Below are positions 17,545 through 26,730 of a stretch of 64,000 bases of DNA, in pieces. Both the position numbers and the translations under genes were made by a program. The notes beneath the pieces were generated by a model. It saw only the letters and a list, made by a program, of their open reading frames with translations, searched no databases and had not been told where the DNA came from. The stretch's first letter is position 1; every line of letters starts with the position of its first letter. This DNA comes from Candidatus Omnitrophota bacterium (GTDB lineage Bacteria; Omnitrophota; Gorgyraeia; VGKN01): positions 10,430 through 74,429 of the forward strand of contig JAZDNB010000035.1 of NCBI GenBank assembly GCA_043800345.1. The letters are read 5' to 3'.

Positions 17545-19260
17545 CTACATATATACCTGCGTTTCCCTGATAACCTCTTCCGGGGTAGTAATACCTTTTA
17601 CTATCTTAAGGAGCCCGTCTTCTCTTAAAGTCCTCATCCCGCGATCCTGGGCACATTTTCTTAAAACCGCCGTCTGCACCTTCTCGGTAATAAGAGACCG
17701 TAGTTCGTCATTCAAAACAAGGAGCTCAAAAATTCCTGTCTGCCCTTTAAAACCGGTGTTGTTACAAATATTACATCCCTTCCCCCTGAAAAACTTTTTT
17801 CCCTTAAGCATCTCCTGAAATCCCAGTTCTGCAATAAGGCTGTCGGAAGGAAAATATTCTTCCTTACAGTGAGTACATATTACCCTTACAAGCCGTTGGG
17901 CTAGTATTGCCTCTAAGGTTGAATTTATCAAAAATGGTTCAATACCCATATCAATAAGTCTCGTGATTGCACCGGGGGCATCATTGGTGTGAAGCGTACT
18001 AAATACCAAATGCCCCGTAAGAGAAGCCTGAATCGATATCTGCGCTGTTTCGGGGTCTCTTATTTCACCCACCATTATGATATCAGGGTCATGGCGCAAG
18101 ATATGGCGAAGCGCTTGCGCGAAGGTGAGGTTTATCTTCGGCCTTATACCGATTTGGATAACGCCATCTACGTCGTACTCGACGGGGTCCTCTATGGTAA
18201 TGATCTTATACTCTATCTTATTTATTGCTTTTAGGGAAGAATATAACGTGGTAGTTTTTCCGCAGCCTGTGGGCCCCGTAACAAGAACTATTCCGTTAGG
18301 CTTATTAATAATATGTCTAAAAATGAGTTTTGAATCTTCCTCAAGACCCAGTTGATCAAGAGAGAGCCCGGTCAGGCCTTTATCGAGTATTCTTATTACC
18401 ACACCTTCTCCGAATACCATCGGCAGAGACGATATCCTAAGGTCTACATCCCGTGCTTCGATTTCCATCAACACTCTTCCGTCCTGGGGCAGGCGGTTCT
18501 CTGCGATATCCATATTTGCCATAACCTTAATCCTCGATATAAGCGCAAGGGTTAAACTCTTCGGCGGTTGCATAACGTCAAAGAGCACGCCATCGACTCT
18601 ATATCTGACTTTGAGCCCCTCCTCAAAAGGTTCAAAATGTATATCCGTTGCCCTGTCTTTTATAGCATTAAGGATAATAAGGTTTAACAGCTTAATGATG
18701 GGCGTCTGACTTGCCAGTTCCTGTAATTTCTCAATATCAACTACGTTTTTTATTGCCGCATTCTGGGCGTCTCCCGTAGCACTTTTTATATCTTTAAGTA
18801 TCTCTTCAAGCGATTCCTCTTTTGTTTCATAATATTTCTTGAGCGAGCGCTCAATCTGTTCTTCTGTGGCAGACACCCTCTTAATCGCTACTCCCAACAT
18901 AAAACGCAGGTCGTCGATTACGTTCACGTTAAGTGCATCCGCCATAACAACAGTGAGGGTATTGTCTTTAAATTCGATGGGCAAGATTTTGTACACTTTC
19001 GCAACTGAGGCAGGGATCATTTCGATTACATCTTTAACGATTTTTATTTCATCTAAATTGATAATTTTTATACCTGCCTGTAATCCCAATACGTCCAGGA
19101 CATTCTGCTCCTTAACGAAACCCAGTTCTATTAGGGTCCTACCGAGAGGCTTACCGCTATGTTTTTGTTCTTCAAGGGCTATTTCAAGTTGGCTTGAAGT
19201 TATGAGCCCTCTTTCAAGCAGCAGGCTGCCTAATTGAATGCGCTTTGTCGGTTTTGTCAT
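17545..19260 (-). CDS. gspE: Assembly ATPase GspE/PilB family (paralogue 1)
   Basis: 571 aa. It has an N-terminal T2SSE_N/MshEN-like repeat (QLGSLLLERGLITSSQLEIALEEQ). The Walker A is GPTGCGKTTT, with Cys at the usual Ser position. Asp and His boxes are present, as is a tetracysteine CTHC...CNIC. Confidence 0.9.
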   Translation of the reverse strand: MTKPTKRIQLGSLLLERGLITSSQLEIALEEQKHSGKPLGRTLIELGFVKEQNVLDVLGLQAGIKIINLDEIKIVKDVIEMIPASVAKVYKILPIEFKDNTLTVVMADALNVNVIDDLRFMLGVAIKRVSATEEQIERSLKKYYETKEESLEEILKDIKSATGDAQNAAIKNVVDIEKLQELASQTPIIKLLNLIILNAIKDRATDIHFEPFEEGLKVRYRVDGVLFDVMQPPKSLTLALISRIKVMANMDIAENRLPQDGRVLMEIEARDVDLRISSLPMVFGEGVVIRILDKGLTGLSLDQLGLEEDSKLIFRHIINKPNGIVLVTGPTGCGKTTTLYSSLKAINKIEYKIITIEDPVEYDVDGVIQIGIRPKINLTFAQALRHILRHDPDIIMVGEIRDPETAQISIQASLTGHLVFSTLHTNDAPGAITRLIDMGIEPFLINSTLEAILAQRLVRVICTHCKEEYFPSDSLIAELGFQEMLKGKKFFRGKGCNICNNTGFKGQTGIFELLVLNDELRSLITEKVQTAVLRKCAQDRGMRTLREDGLLKIVKGITTPEEVIRETQVYM

Positions 19261-20339
19261 TACTTATCCTTATACTCCTCTTTAAATTGAAGTCCGAAAT
19301 GTTCCGGATCAAATGCCTTCTCCAGGGCGGTTTCATACGTAATTGATCCTTTTTTGTAAAGTTCCGCAAGAAAGGCATCAAATGTTTTCATACCATACTT
19401 GCCGCCGGTTTGGATATCGGACGTAATCGAGTAGGTCTTTTTTTCCCTTATCAAGTTCTGTATTGAAGTCGTGGTAATCATAATTTCAAAACAGGCTATT
19501 CTGCTTGAGCTATCCGCTCTTACCAATAACTGCTGGCATATAATTGCAATAATAGAAGTGGATAACTGGACTCGTATCTGCTCCTGCTGGGTCACGGGGA
19601 AAACCTCAATGATCCTATCAACCGTCTTTGCCGCTGAAGTCGTATGAAGCGTTGCAAAAACCAAATGACCTGTTTCGGCCGCCAGTATAGCTGCTTCGAT
19701 GGTAGCAAGGTCGCGCATTTCCCCTACAAGGATAACGTCGGGGTTCTGCCTTAATGACCTTATGACGGCGTCAGAAAAGGAAGGCACGTCAACGCCTATT
19801 TCTCTCTGAGAGATAATACTTTTTTTGTGCGTATGATAATATTCTATCGGGTCCTCAATAGTGATAATATGGGCGGCTCGATGCACATTGATACAGTCGA
19901 TCATCGTGGCGAGCGTGGTAGTTTTACCGCACCCGGTGGGCCCGGTAACAAGAACCAACCCGCGCGGTTTATTAAGGAGGGTCTTTACTATGTCCGGGAT
20001 ACCTATATCGTCAAAGGAATAAAGCCGCGACGGTATCATCCTCAAACAAAGACTATGTACACCTTTTTGTTTAAATACGGAGACCCTGAATCTGGCAACA
20101 TCTCCGAAGGCAAGACCGAATTCTACGGTTCCGTGTTGCCTTAATTTGCCCTGATGGTCATCGGCGGTAATGGATTTCGCAAGACGTTCTGTATCAAAAG
20201 CGGTAAGCGGTTCATTGCCTACGTTTTCGATCTCTCCGTTAATCCTTAGTACAGGCGGTTTATCTACGCAAAGGTGTATATCGGACGCGTTCCTATGCAC
20301 GCACATTTCAAGAATGTGATTTATTTCGACCATGGGCAA
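19260..20339 (-). CDS. pilT: Retraction ATPase PilT
   Basis: 359 aa, with no T2SSE_N domain. The Walker A is GPTGCGKTTT. The PilT-type C-terminal motif is SIQNLIREKKTYSITSDIQTGGKYGMKTFDAFLAELYKKG. Its stop overlaps the gspE start region by 1 nt. Confidence 0.9.
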   Translation of the reverse strand: MPMVEINHILEMCVHRNASDIHLCVDKPPVLRINGEIENVGNEPLTAFDTERLAKSITADDHQGKLRQHGTVEFGLAFGDVARFRVSVFKQKGVHSLCLRMIPSRLYSFDDIGIPDIVKTLLNKPRGLVLVTGPTGCGKTTTLATMIDCINVHRAAHIITIEDPIEYYHTHKKSIISQREIGVDVPSFSDAVIRSLRQNPDVILVGEMRDLATIEAAILAAETGHLVFATLHTTSAAKTVDRIIEVFPVTQQEQIRVQLSTSIIAIICQQLLVRADSSSRIACFEIMITTTSIQNLIREKKTYSITSDIQTGGKYGMKTFDAFLAELYKKGSITYETALEKAFDPEHFGLQFKEEYKDK

Positions 20340-20360
20340 CCTCCCAATGTTAAAATTATG

Positions 20361-22040
20361 TTATACAACCACAGGTTGAGTAATGCGTATTACTTCCTGT
20401 ATAGTTGTTATGCCATTTTTTATTTTTTCTATCCCGTCCTCTCGTAGGCTCTTAAAGCCAAAATGCTGTGCTCTTTCCCGTATGATATTGCTGGGAGTTT
20501 TAGTTGTTATAAGTATCCGTATTTCATCATTAAGAACCAAAAGCTCAAAAATCCCTATTCGACCTCTGTAGCCTGTATGGTTACATTTTGCACAACCCCT
20601 TCCTCTGTAGAACATCATACCGAGAATTTCATGAGAAGATAATCCGAGTGCCGTCATTTCGTCCTTGGCGGGCTTATGCGGCTCTTTACATTCTTTACAC
20701 AATATCCTCACAAGCCGCTGGGCTAATACAGCCTGAAGCGTAGACGCTACTAAATATGGTTTTATATTCATGTCTATCAAGCGCGTTATCGCACCGGGGG
20801 CGTCATTCGTATGGAGGGTACTAAAAATCAAATGTCCCGTAAGGGCGGCCTGTATCGCAATCTGCGCCGTTTCAAAATCTCTTATTTCCCCAACCATTAA
20901 TATATCGGGCGCCTGCCGCAACATTGACCGAAGACCGCTTGCAAAAGTCAATCCTACCTGCGGTTTTATCTGAATCTGATTGATTCCCTGAAGCTGATAT
21001 TCTACCGGATCTTCAATAGTGATAAGTTTTTTGTCGGAGGTATTGATATGACTTAATGCCGCATACAGTGTGGTAGTCTTCCCGCTGCCGGTAGGCCCTG
21101 TAACCAACATAACTCCGTTAGGCAATTTTATTAAACGTTCAAATATCTCAATATTTCTTTTTGAAAAACCAAGTTCATGTATATGTAAAATTGCCCTGTC
21201 AAGAATTCTTAAGACCATGCTTTCGCCGTACAGGCTCGGCAAAACGGAAACCCTAAGATCCAATTCCCTATCTTCCACCTTTATTTTTATTCTCCCGTCC
21301 TGCGGTAAACGTTTTTCAGCGATATCCAAATTAGACATTATCTTCAACCGGCTTATGACGGTATTCTTGAGGGTTTTGGGCGGGGCTTGCACTTCGGTAA
21401 GAAGGCCGTCTATCCTATACCGTATACGAAATTTATCCTTAAACGGTTCCAGATGGATATCGGAAGCCCGGTTTCTTGCCGCTTCTTGTATGATGAGGCT
21501 CACTAATCGTACCACAGGGGCTTCATCTTCCGGGGTAAGCGTAGCCTCGGAAGATTTGGAGATTTCCGATTCATCTATCTCCTGAATTATAGTACGCAAA
21601 TCGTCCTTCTTTGAACCATAATATTTCTCAAGCGCCTCTCTGATGTCATGTTCACTAACGAGTACGAGCGACATATCCTTTTGTAAAAAAAGTTCTAAAT
21701 TTTCCTGGGCTAAAAAATTAAAAATATTGTCCGTCGCACAAATAAGCTTGCCCAACTCCAGATCCAGGGGTATCAACCTATGGCGCTTGGCAAAACTGGC
21801 AGGTATTGTATCTAATGCAGAAGGGGAGATTTCAATCTTATCTAATGTAGACGGTATAATGCCGATTTGAGAAATAAGGATTGGCCCTAAATTTTCGCTT
21901 GTAATATACCCGAGTTTTACAAAGATTTCGCTTAAGGCTAGCTGAGATTCTCTTTGCAAGGTAAGCGCCTCTTTCAGCTGCTCTTCATTTATCACGCCGA
22001 GGTTCTCGAGTGTTTCCTTAATAAGTTGCTGTCTGATCAT
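20361..22040 (-). CDS. Assembly ATPase PilB/GspE family (paralogue 2)
   Basis: 559 aa. It has a T2SSE_N-like N-terminus, Walker A GPTGSGKTTT, a tetracysteine CKEC...CAKC and the C-terminal GITTIQEVIR. Its start is 6 nt after the larC stop. Confidence 0.9.
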   Translation of the reverse strand: MIRQQLIKETLENLGVINEEQLKEALTLQRESQLALSEIFVKLGYITSENLGPILISQIGIIPSTLDKIEISPSALDTIPASFAKRHRLIPLDLELGKLICATDNIFNFLAQENLELFLQKDMSLVLVSEHDIREALEKYYGSKKDDLRTIIQEIDESEISKSSEATLTPEDEAPVVRLVSLIIQEAARNRASDIHLEPFKDKFRIRYRIDGLLTEVQAPPKTLKNTVISRLKIMSNLDIAEKRLPQDGRIKIKVEDRELDLRVSVLPSLYGESMVLRILDRAILHIHELGFSKRNIEIFERLIKLPNGVMLVTGPTGSGKTTTLYAALSHINTSDKKLITIEDPVEYQLQGINQIQIKPQVGLTFASGLRSMLRQAPDILMVGEIRDFETAQIAIQAALTGHLIFSTLHTNDAPGAITRLIDMNIKPYLVASTLQAVLAQRLVRILCKECKEPHKPAKDEMTALGLSSHEILGMMFYRGRGCAKCNHTGYRGRIGIFELLVLNDEIRILITTKTPSNIIRERAQHFGFKSLREDGIEKIKNGITTIQEVIRITQPVVV

Positions 22041-22046
22041 TGACTA

Positions 22047-23231
22047 TTATCCGTTTTTATAACAATGTGTGGCAGTTTCATAAACTTTTTTTAGAGGAAG
22101 ATGGCGACGTAAGGCAATTTTTTTACAATCTTCATACTCCGGAGAAATTGTTATGCTGCTTCCCGCGATACTGCCTATTTTTACCCGTACGCTTCCGTAA
22201 GGAGTTTTTACTTTTTTTATTTCCTTTTGAAGCTTTTTTCTTTTCACTTTAAAATATCTTACGCCAAACGTGGTAGTTTCATGAAAAATGGTTGCGATAA
22301 TTTTATCAAGGGACTTCTCCTCTGTAAGAGCAGTAAATAAATGCGCGGGGCGTGATTTTTTCATGACAATCGGGGCTATCGAAACATCCAGCGCACCCTG
22401 GGCCAATAACTTATCGATCACATATTCAAAATGCAGAGGCGGTGTATCGTCTATATTTGCCTCGATCATAAAAACATCATCGGAAAATAGGCCTTCGGAT
22501 TTTTCCGCGCCAAGCATTATTCTTAGCGTATTAGGGACATCGTCTTTTCGCACCGTAGAGCCTGCGCCATAACCTACCTTCTCTATTTCAAACTGAGGCT
22601 CCTTAAAACTGTGCACGAGAGTCTTTAGAATACTCGCACCGGTAGGGGTAACAAGTTCATGGTTGATATCCAAGAGAGAGATCGGTATACCTTGCAGCAA
22701 TTCAAGCGCTGCGGGTGCGGGAACAGGCAATACCCCGTCTTTTGTATCAACAAATCCTCTTCCCAAAACAACTCTTGAGGCATATACCTTATCTACGCGT
22801 AATGCTGTAATCAAAATTGCGGCCGAAACAATATCGGCTATTGAATCAATATCCGCAAGCTCACTGAGCATAATAGAATCAATATGTTCATTATGCACCT
22901 TTGACTCGGCCTTGAAGAGATTAAGAAATATTTCCTTTGCTAAATTTTTTGCCGGTGTAGCAAGTTTACTCTTTTCAAGGAGCATGAAAATACTTTTTTT
23001 ATCGCGAAAATTCATTTTGTTTAGTCTTGTCGAGTTTTCAACATCTACATAAAACCTGGTGCATACGACATCCCCACGTTTTACTTTTTTTCTTTTGATA
23101 GGGAAGTTACCGAGACCTAATTTTCGCAGTTCGGTTTTCAGATAATTGAGGCTTAAGCCCATATCTAAAAGGGCTCCCACTACCATATCTCCGCTAATAC
23201 CCGAGAAACAATCGAAGTAAAGAATTCTCAT
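22047..23231 (-). CDS. larC: Nickel-pincer cofactor biosynthesis protein LarC (DUF111)
   Basis: 394 aa. The N-terminus MRILYFDCFSGISGDMVVGALLDMG is the LarC/DUF111 signature. Confidence 0.85.
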   Translation of the reverse strand: MRILYFDCFSGISGDMVVGALLDMGLSLNYLKTELRKLGLGNFPIKRKKVKRGDVVCTRFYVDVENSTRLNKMNFRDKKSIFMLLEKSKLATPAKNLAKEIFLNLFKAESKVHNEHIDSIMLSELADIDSIADIVSAAILITALRVDKVYASRVVLGRGFVDTKDGVLPVPAPAALELLQGIPISLLDINHELVTPTGASILKTLVHSFKEPQFEIEKVGYGAGSTVRKDDVPNTLRIMLGAEKSEGLFSDDVFMIEANIDDTPPLHFEYVIDKLLAQGALDVSIAPIVMKKSRPAHLFTALTEEKSLDKIIATIFHETTTFGVRYFKVKRKKLQKEIKKVKTPYGSVRVKIGSIAGSSITISPEYEDCKKIALRRHLPLKKVYETATHCYKNG

Positions 23232-23264
23232 AATACCAACTTTGTTTTTATACGCACCCTATCT

Positions 23265-24017
23265 TCATCTGTTTATGAGGTCTGCAAAATAACCTGCGCC
23301 AAAACCATTGTCTATATTCACTACGACAATACCCGAGGCACAACTATTGAGCATCGTAAGAAGCGCTGCTAAACCTCTAAAACTTGCTCCATACCCTATG
23401 CTGGTAGGAACAGCAATAACCGGTTTATCGGTCAACCCCGCTACTACACTCGGAAGCGCTCCTTCCATGCCGGCAACCACGATAATGACCGAGGCGCGAT
23501 GCAACAATCTTTGTTTATCGAGAAGCCTATGAATACCCGCGACGCCTACATCATACAAGCGTTTAACCCGGTTACCCATAACCTCCAAGGTAACCGCGGC
23601 CTCTTCGGATGCCGGGATATCAGATGTCCCGCCTGTTATGATTAATACAACACCTTTCTTTTTTTTATACATTCTTCTTTGTATTTTTCTATAGGCGATT
23701 TTAGCTTCTTCATTATATAAAAGTCCCGGGATTGATTTTTTTATAGCGGAAAATGTCGCGCTTTCCAGCTTAGTTAAGAGGAGGGGCTGGGAGTTTCTGC
23801 TTAAGATACCGGCAATTTTAATAATCTGAGAAGGGGTTTTGTTTTGACAAAAAAGAACTTCCGGAAAACCCTTTCGTAACATTCTGTGGGTATCGACATT
23901 AGCAAATTTAATATTTTTATACGGCATATCTTTTAAAAAAGTGAGTATCTGCCCGGCGGATACCTTATTTTTTTTAAAATCCTTAAGCAGCTTTTCTATA
24001 ATGTTTCTTGTGCTCAT
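23265..24017 (-). CDS. larB: Nickel-pincer cofactor biosynthesis protein LarB (PurE-like)
   Basis: 250 aa. It has the PurE-like core VVLIITGGTSDIPASEEAA...VVAGMEGALPSVVAG and the C-terminal VVNIDNGFGAGYFA. Confidence 0.85.
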   Translation of the reverse strand: MSTRNIIEKLLKDFKKNKVSAGQILTFLKDMPYKNIKFANVDTHRMLRKGFPEVLFCQNKTPSQIIKIAGILSRNSQPLLLTKLESATFSAIKKSIPGLLYNEEAKIAYRKIQRRMYKKKKGVVLIITGGTSDIPASEEAAVTLEVMGNRVKRLYDVGVAGIHRLLDKQRLLHRASVIIVVAGMEGALPSVVAGLTDKPVIAVPTSIGYGASFRGLAALLTMLNSCASGIVVVNIDNGFGAGYFADLINR

Positions 24018-24019
24018 GG

Positions 24020-24322
24020 TTAGAATTTGAGAATGATAATAAGCATAACAATGGCGAGGATTATGGAAATAATATAGAATCCGTTAAAATAGAAAAAATC
24101 CTTTAGATGTTCGAAAAAAACATTTTTCTCATGATGGGTTAATGGCTTTGCTTTTTTGCTGAAACTCATCCTAAAATGGTCAAGATCCTCTTTTTTAAAC
24201 CGCACATAGCTTCCCCCTATTTTATACGCCGGGATCTTTCCTTTTTTTACGAGTCTTTCTAATTTCCTCTCGGAAATATGTGCGTATGCCGCAGCATCCT
24301 TTATAGTCAGTAACTTATCCAT
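24020..24322 (-). CDS. Excisionase-type HTH (HTH_17-like) protein with C-terminal transmembrane anchor
   Basis: 100 aa. The N-terminus LLTIKDAAAYAHISERKLERLVKKGKIPAYKIGGSYVRFKKEDLDHF matches the excisionase/MerR-type HTH pattern. The C-terminus FYIISIILAIVMLIIILKF is a single TM helix. Confidence 0.65.
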   Translation of the reverse strand: MDKLLTIKDAAAYAHISERKLERLVKKGKIPAYKIGGSYVRFKKEDLDHFRMSFSKKAKPLTHHEKNVFFEHLKDFFYFNGFYIISIILAIVMLIIILKF

Positions 24323-24388
24323 AGTTTGTCATCCTATATTTTTAAATTTCACCTCGAGCAGAAAAGAACACGCTGAACACATCAGGAA

Positions 24389-24946
24389 CTACCGTAGAAT
24401 ATTATCCTCTACCCAGTCGTCTATATCCTGCTTTCTAAACTTTATAACCCCTCCTTCGCTACTACAGGGTATCTTTCCGGAATTAATCCATTCGAGTATC
24501 TTAGAGGCATCAACCTCTAAATAATGCGATACCTCTTCGATGGTAAGAAATTGCGAAGAAGTTTCGCGCCTGTTGCTACTTTCTGGAAGTTCATTCTGTT
24601 CTTTTTCTTTTATCATTTCGCACGTACCGTTAAACAGGGCGCCTTCCTCAACAATAATGGACCGTGCAATAATATGGCCGTCCACCCGTGAGGTTTTCGC
24701 TAGTTTCACCTCTTTAGAGGCCATCAACTCTCCGGAGAATGTACCAAATATGATAACGGAATCGCCTTCGACAGTCGCACAAACCACTGCATCCTCCCCA
24801 ATAACAAGAATCCCTTTTGTCGACAGGCTTCCTTCGAATTCCCCGTTAATCCGCAACTTTACCGGGTTTTTAAATTCAAGGGTTCCCTTCATCCCGGCTT
24901 CTATCTCAAGATAATCATCACGCCCGCGAGAACGTTTCTTAAACAT
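24389..24946 (-). CDS. Bactofilin-domain protein fused to C-terminal excisionase-type HTH
   Basis: 185 aa. Residues ~20-110 show the bactofilin beta-helix repeat pattern (GTLEFKNPVKLRINGEFEGSLSTKGILVIGEDAVVCATVEGDSVIIFGTFSGEL...). After a charged linker the C-terminus is FLTIEEVSHYLEVDASKILEWINSGKIPCSSEGGVIKFRKQDIDDW. Confidence 0.65.
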   Translation of the reverse strand: MFKKRSRGRDDYLEIEAGMKGTLEFKNPVKLRINGEFEGSLSTKGILVIGEDAVVCATVEGDSVIIFGTFSGELMASKEVKLAKTSRVDGHIIARSIIVEEGALFNGTCEMIKEKEQNELPESSNRRETSSQFLTIEEVSHYLEVDASKILEWINSGKIPCSSEGGVIKFRKQDIDDWVEDNILR

Positions 24947-24972
24947 ATATCACCTCCCCCGATTCGTCCGGA

Positions 24973-25632
24973 TCAATATTCCCATTTTGCGCTCTTTATA
25001 CCTTTGATACCTAAAATATCTCCGGTTATAGGTTCATCATCCGAATCGTTGAAAAATTTCAGATTTATAATATAGGTAGCCTTGGAACCGTTTTCATCTT
25101 TCAAAATCTCCATATCCCGTATCTCCGCCCTGTAATTATTAAGTATATCCTTTATTTGTTTTAATTCCTCCGTTAGGCCCGTACCTATTACAGCCAATGT
25201 CCTGTACCAATTTTTTTTAAGGAAGGTTCTTTCTATTCTTGTCAGAAAAAATAGAGAGGAGAACGCTAAAAATGTGGTAACAAGGGCTCCTTTATAAAAA
25301 CCGCAGCCGATCGCAAGCCCTATGCCGGCAACACACCACAAGCTTGCGGCTGTGGTAAGTCCCCGTACGGAAGCCCTAAATCTGAGAATGGTGCCTGCAC
25401 CCAAAAAACCGATCCCGCTTACCACCTGAGCAGCTATTCTCGAAGGATCAACAACTTTATTGAAAAGATTATACATCTCTATAGAGGTAAGCATAATAAG
25501 ACAAGAACCTATACCTACCAGTATGTGTGTCCTAAAACCTGCCGCCCTGCCATGCAATTCCCTCTCGAAACCGATTATTCCGCTCAAGATAACTGCAAGC
25601 AATAACCTAATTACAATTTCTAAATCTGCCAT
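24973..25632 (-). CDS. MgtC/SapB family membrane protein
   Basis: It has the MgtC signature LLLAVILSGIIGFERELHGRAAGFRTHILVGIGSCL and a C-terminal soluble domain. The probable start is MADLEIV at 25632 (track start 25659). Confidence 0.8.
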   Translation of the reverse strand: MADLEIVIRLLLAVILSGIIGFERELHGRAAGFRTHILVGIGSCLIMLTSIEMYNLFNKVVDPSRIAAQVVSGIGFLGAGTILRFRASVRGLTTAASLWCVAGIGLAIGCGFYKGALVTTFLAFSSLFFLTRIERTFLKKNWYRTLAVIGTGLTEELKQIKDILNNYRAEIRDMEILKDENGSKATYIINLKFFNDSDDEPITGDILGIKGIKSAKWEY

Positions 25633-26656
25633 ACCCGTCTCCTTTATAGTTTGAATCAAATCCTAAATTGCTTATGGCGCTTACGTAAAAATCAGAGATA
25701 AACCTTTTTTTTCTAAAAAGATACTCACCGAGGGCGGCTACCATAGCCCCATTATCAAGACATAATCTGCTATCGGGAAAAATAACTTCAAGATCGTATC
25801 GGTGTGCGGATTTGGTAAAATATTCCCTTAAAGCCCTGTTTATACTCACCCCGCCTCCGATTACTATCGTTTTTGTCTTTTTGAGAGTGCAGGCCAGTTT
25901 TACTTTTTCAAATAAAGTTTCAATAATAATTTTTTGAAACGTGCTTGCTACATCGACTTTGCGTATTTTTTTATTCCGAGCCTGCGCATCTCTTACGTAA
26001 TACAGCACGGCTGTCTTAAGACCGCTGAAAGTAAAATCAAGGGATTGCATCTGGCCTTTTGTATAAGAAAATTTTGTTTTTTCTGGGTCACCTTTTTGCG
26101 CAAGGGATTCGATGATCGGTCCTCCCGGATAACCGAACCCAAGAATTTTGCTGACTTTATCAAAGGCCTCGCCCGCTGCATCATCGGTAGTTTGACCGAG
26201 GAGTGTAAATGAGTCCGCATCCTTAACATACGCCAGACACGTATGGCCGCCGGATATTATCAAACTGATACAAGGAAAGGGGATGCTTTTTTTACCGATA
26301 CATGCACTGAACGTATGCGCCTGCAGATGGTTTATGCCGAGGATTGGCACACCTAACGAATAACCCAATGCCTTCGCAAATGAAATACCCACTAATAAAG
26401 AACCGACCAATCCCGGTCCATATGTAAAGGCTATCAGATCTATTTGGTTTCTTTTTATGCGTGCGTGTATAAGTGCCTTATTGCATACTGCGTCGATAGT
26501 CTCAATATGGTAGCGAGTAGCTATTTCAGGAACTATACCGCCGTATTGTTTGTGAAATCGTAGGCTTGAGGCTACTTCATTAGATAAAATCTTTCCGTTT
26601 TTCAGGACCGACACAGCCGTCTCATCGCAGGAAGTCTCTATGCCGAGCGTTATCAT
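25607..26656 (-). CDS. tsaD: tRNA N6-adenosine threonylcarbamoyltransferase TsaD
   Basis: MITLGIETSCDETAVSVL is the TsaD/Kae1 N-terminal signature, and HLQAH and GGVSIN motifs are present. The probable start is at 26656. The 3' end overlaps the mgtC-family start. Confidence 0.9.
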   Translation of the reverse strand: MITLGIETSCDETAVSVLKNGKILSNEVASSLRFHKQYGGIVPEIATRYHIETIDAVCNKALIHARIKRNQIDLIAFTYGPGLVGSLLVGISFAKALGYSLGVPILGINHLQAHTFSACIGKKSIPFPCISLIISGGHTCLAYVKDADSFTLLGQTTDDAAGEAFDKVSKILGFGYPGGPIIESLAQKGDPEKTKFSYTKGQMQSLDFTFSGLKTAVLYYVRDAQARNKKIRKVDVASTFQKIIIETLFEKVKLACTLKKTKTIVIGGGVSINRALREYFTKSAHRYDLEVIFPDSRLCLDNGAMVAALGEYLFRKKRFISDFYVSAISNLGFDSNYKGDGYGRFRNCN

Positions 26657-26730
26657 ATCACCCCCCATGTATCTCTTCATGTTGCAAAATAATACAGTAA
26701 CGGTTCCTTATTATTTTAAACAGTACGTGT

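Noticed and set aside
25607-25659. The 53-nt overlap between tsaD and the mgtC-family ORF, considered as a frameshift or fusion
   Set aside because: The overlap shrinks to 26 nt if the mgtC-family gene starts at MADLEIV (25632). Both proteins are complete by motif content, and short overlaps are common throughout this window.
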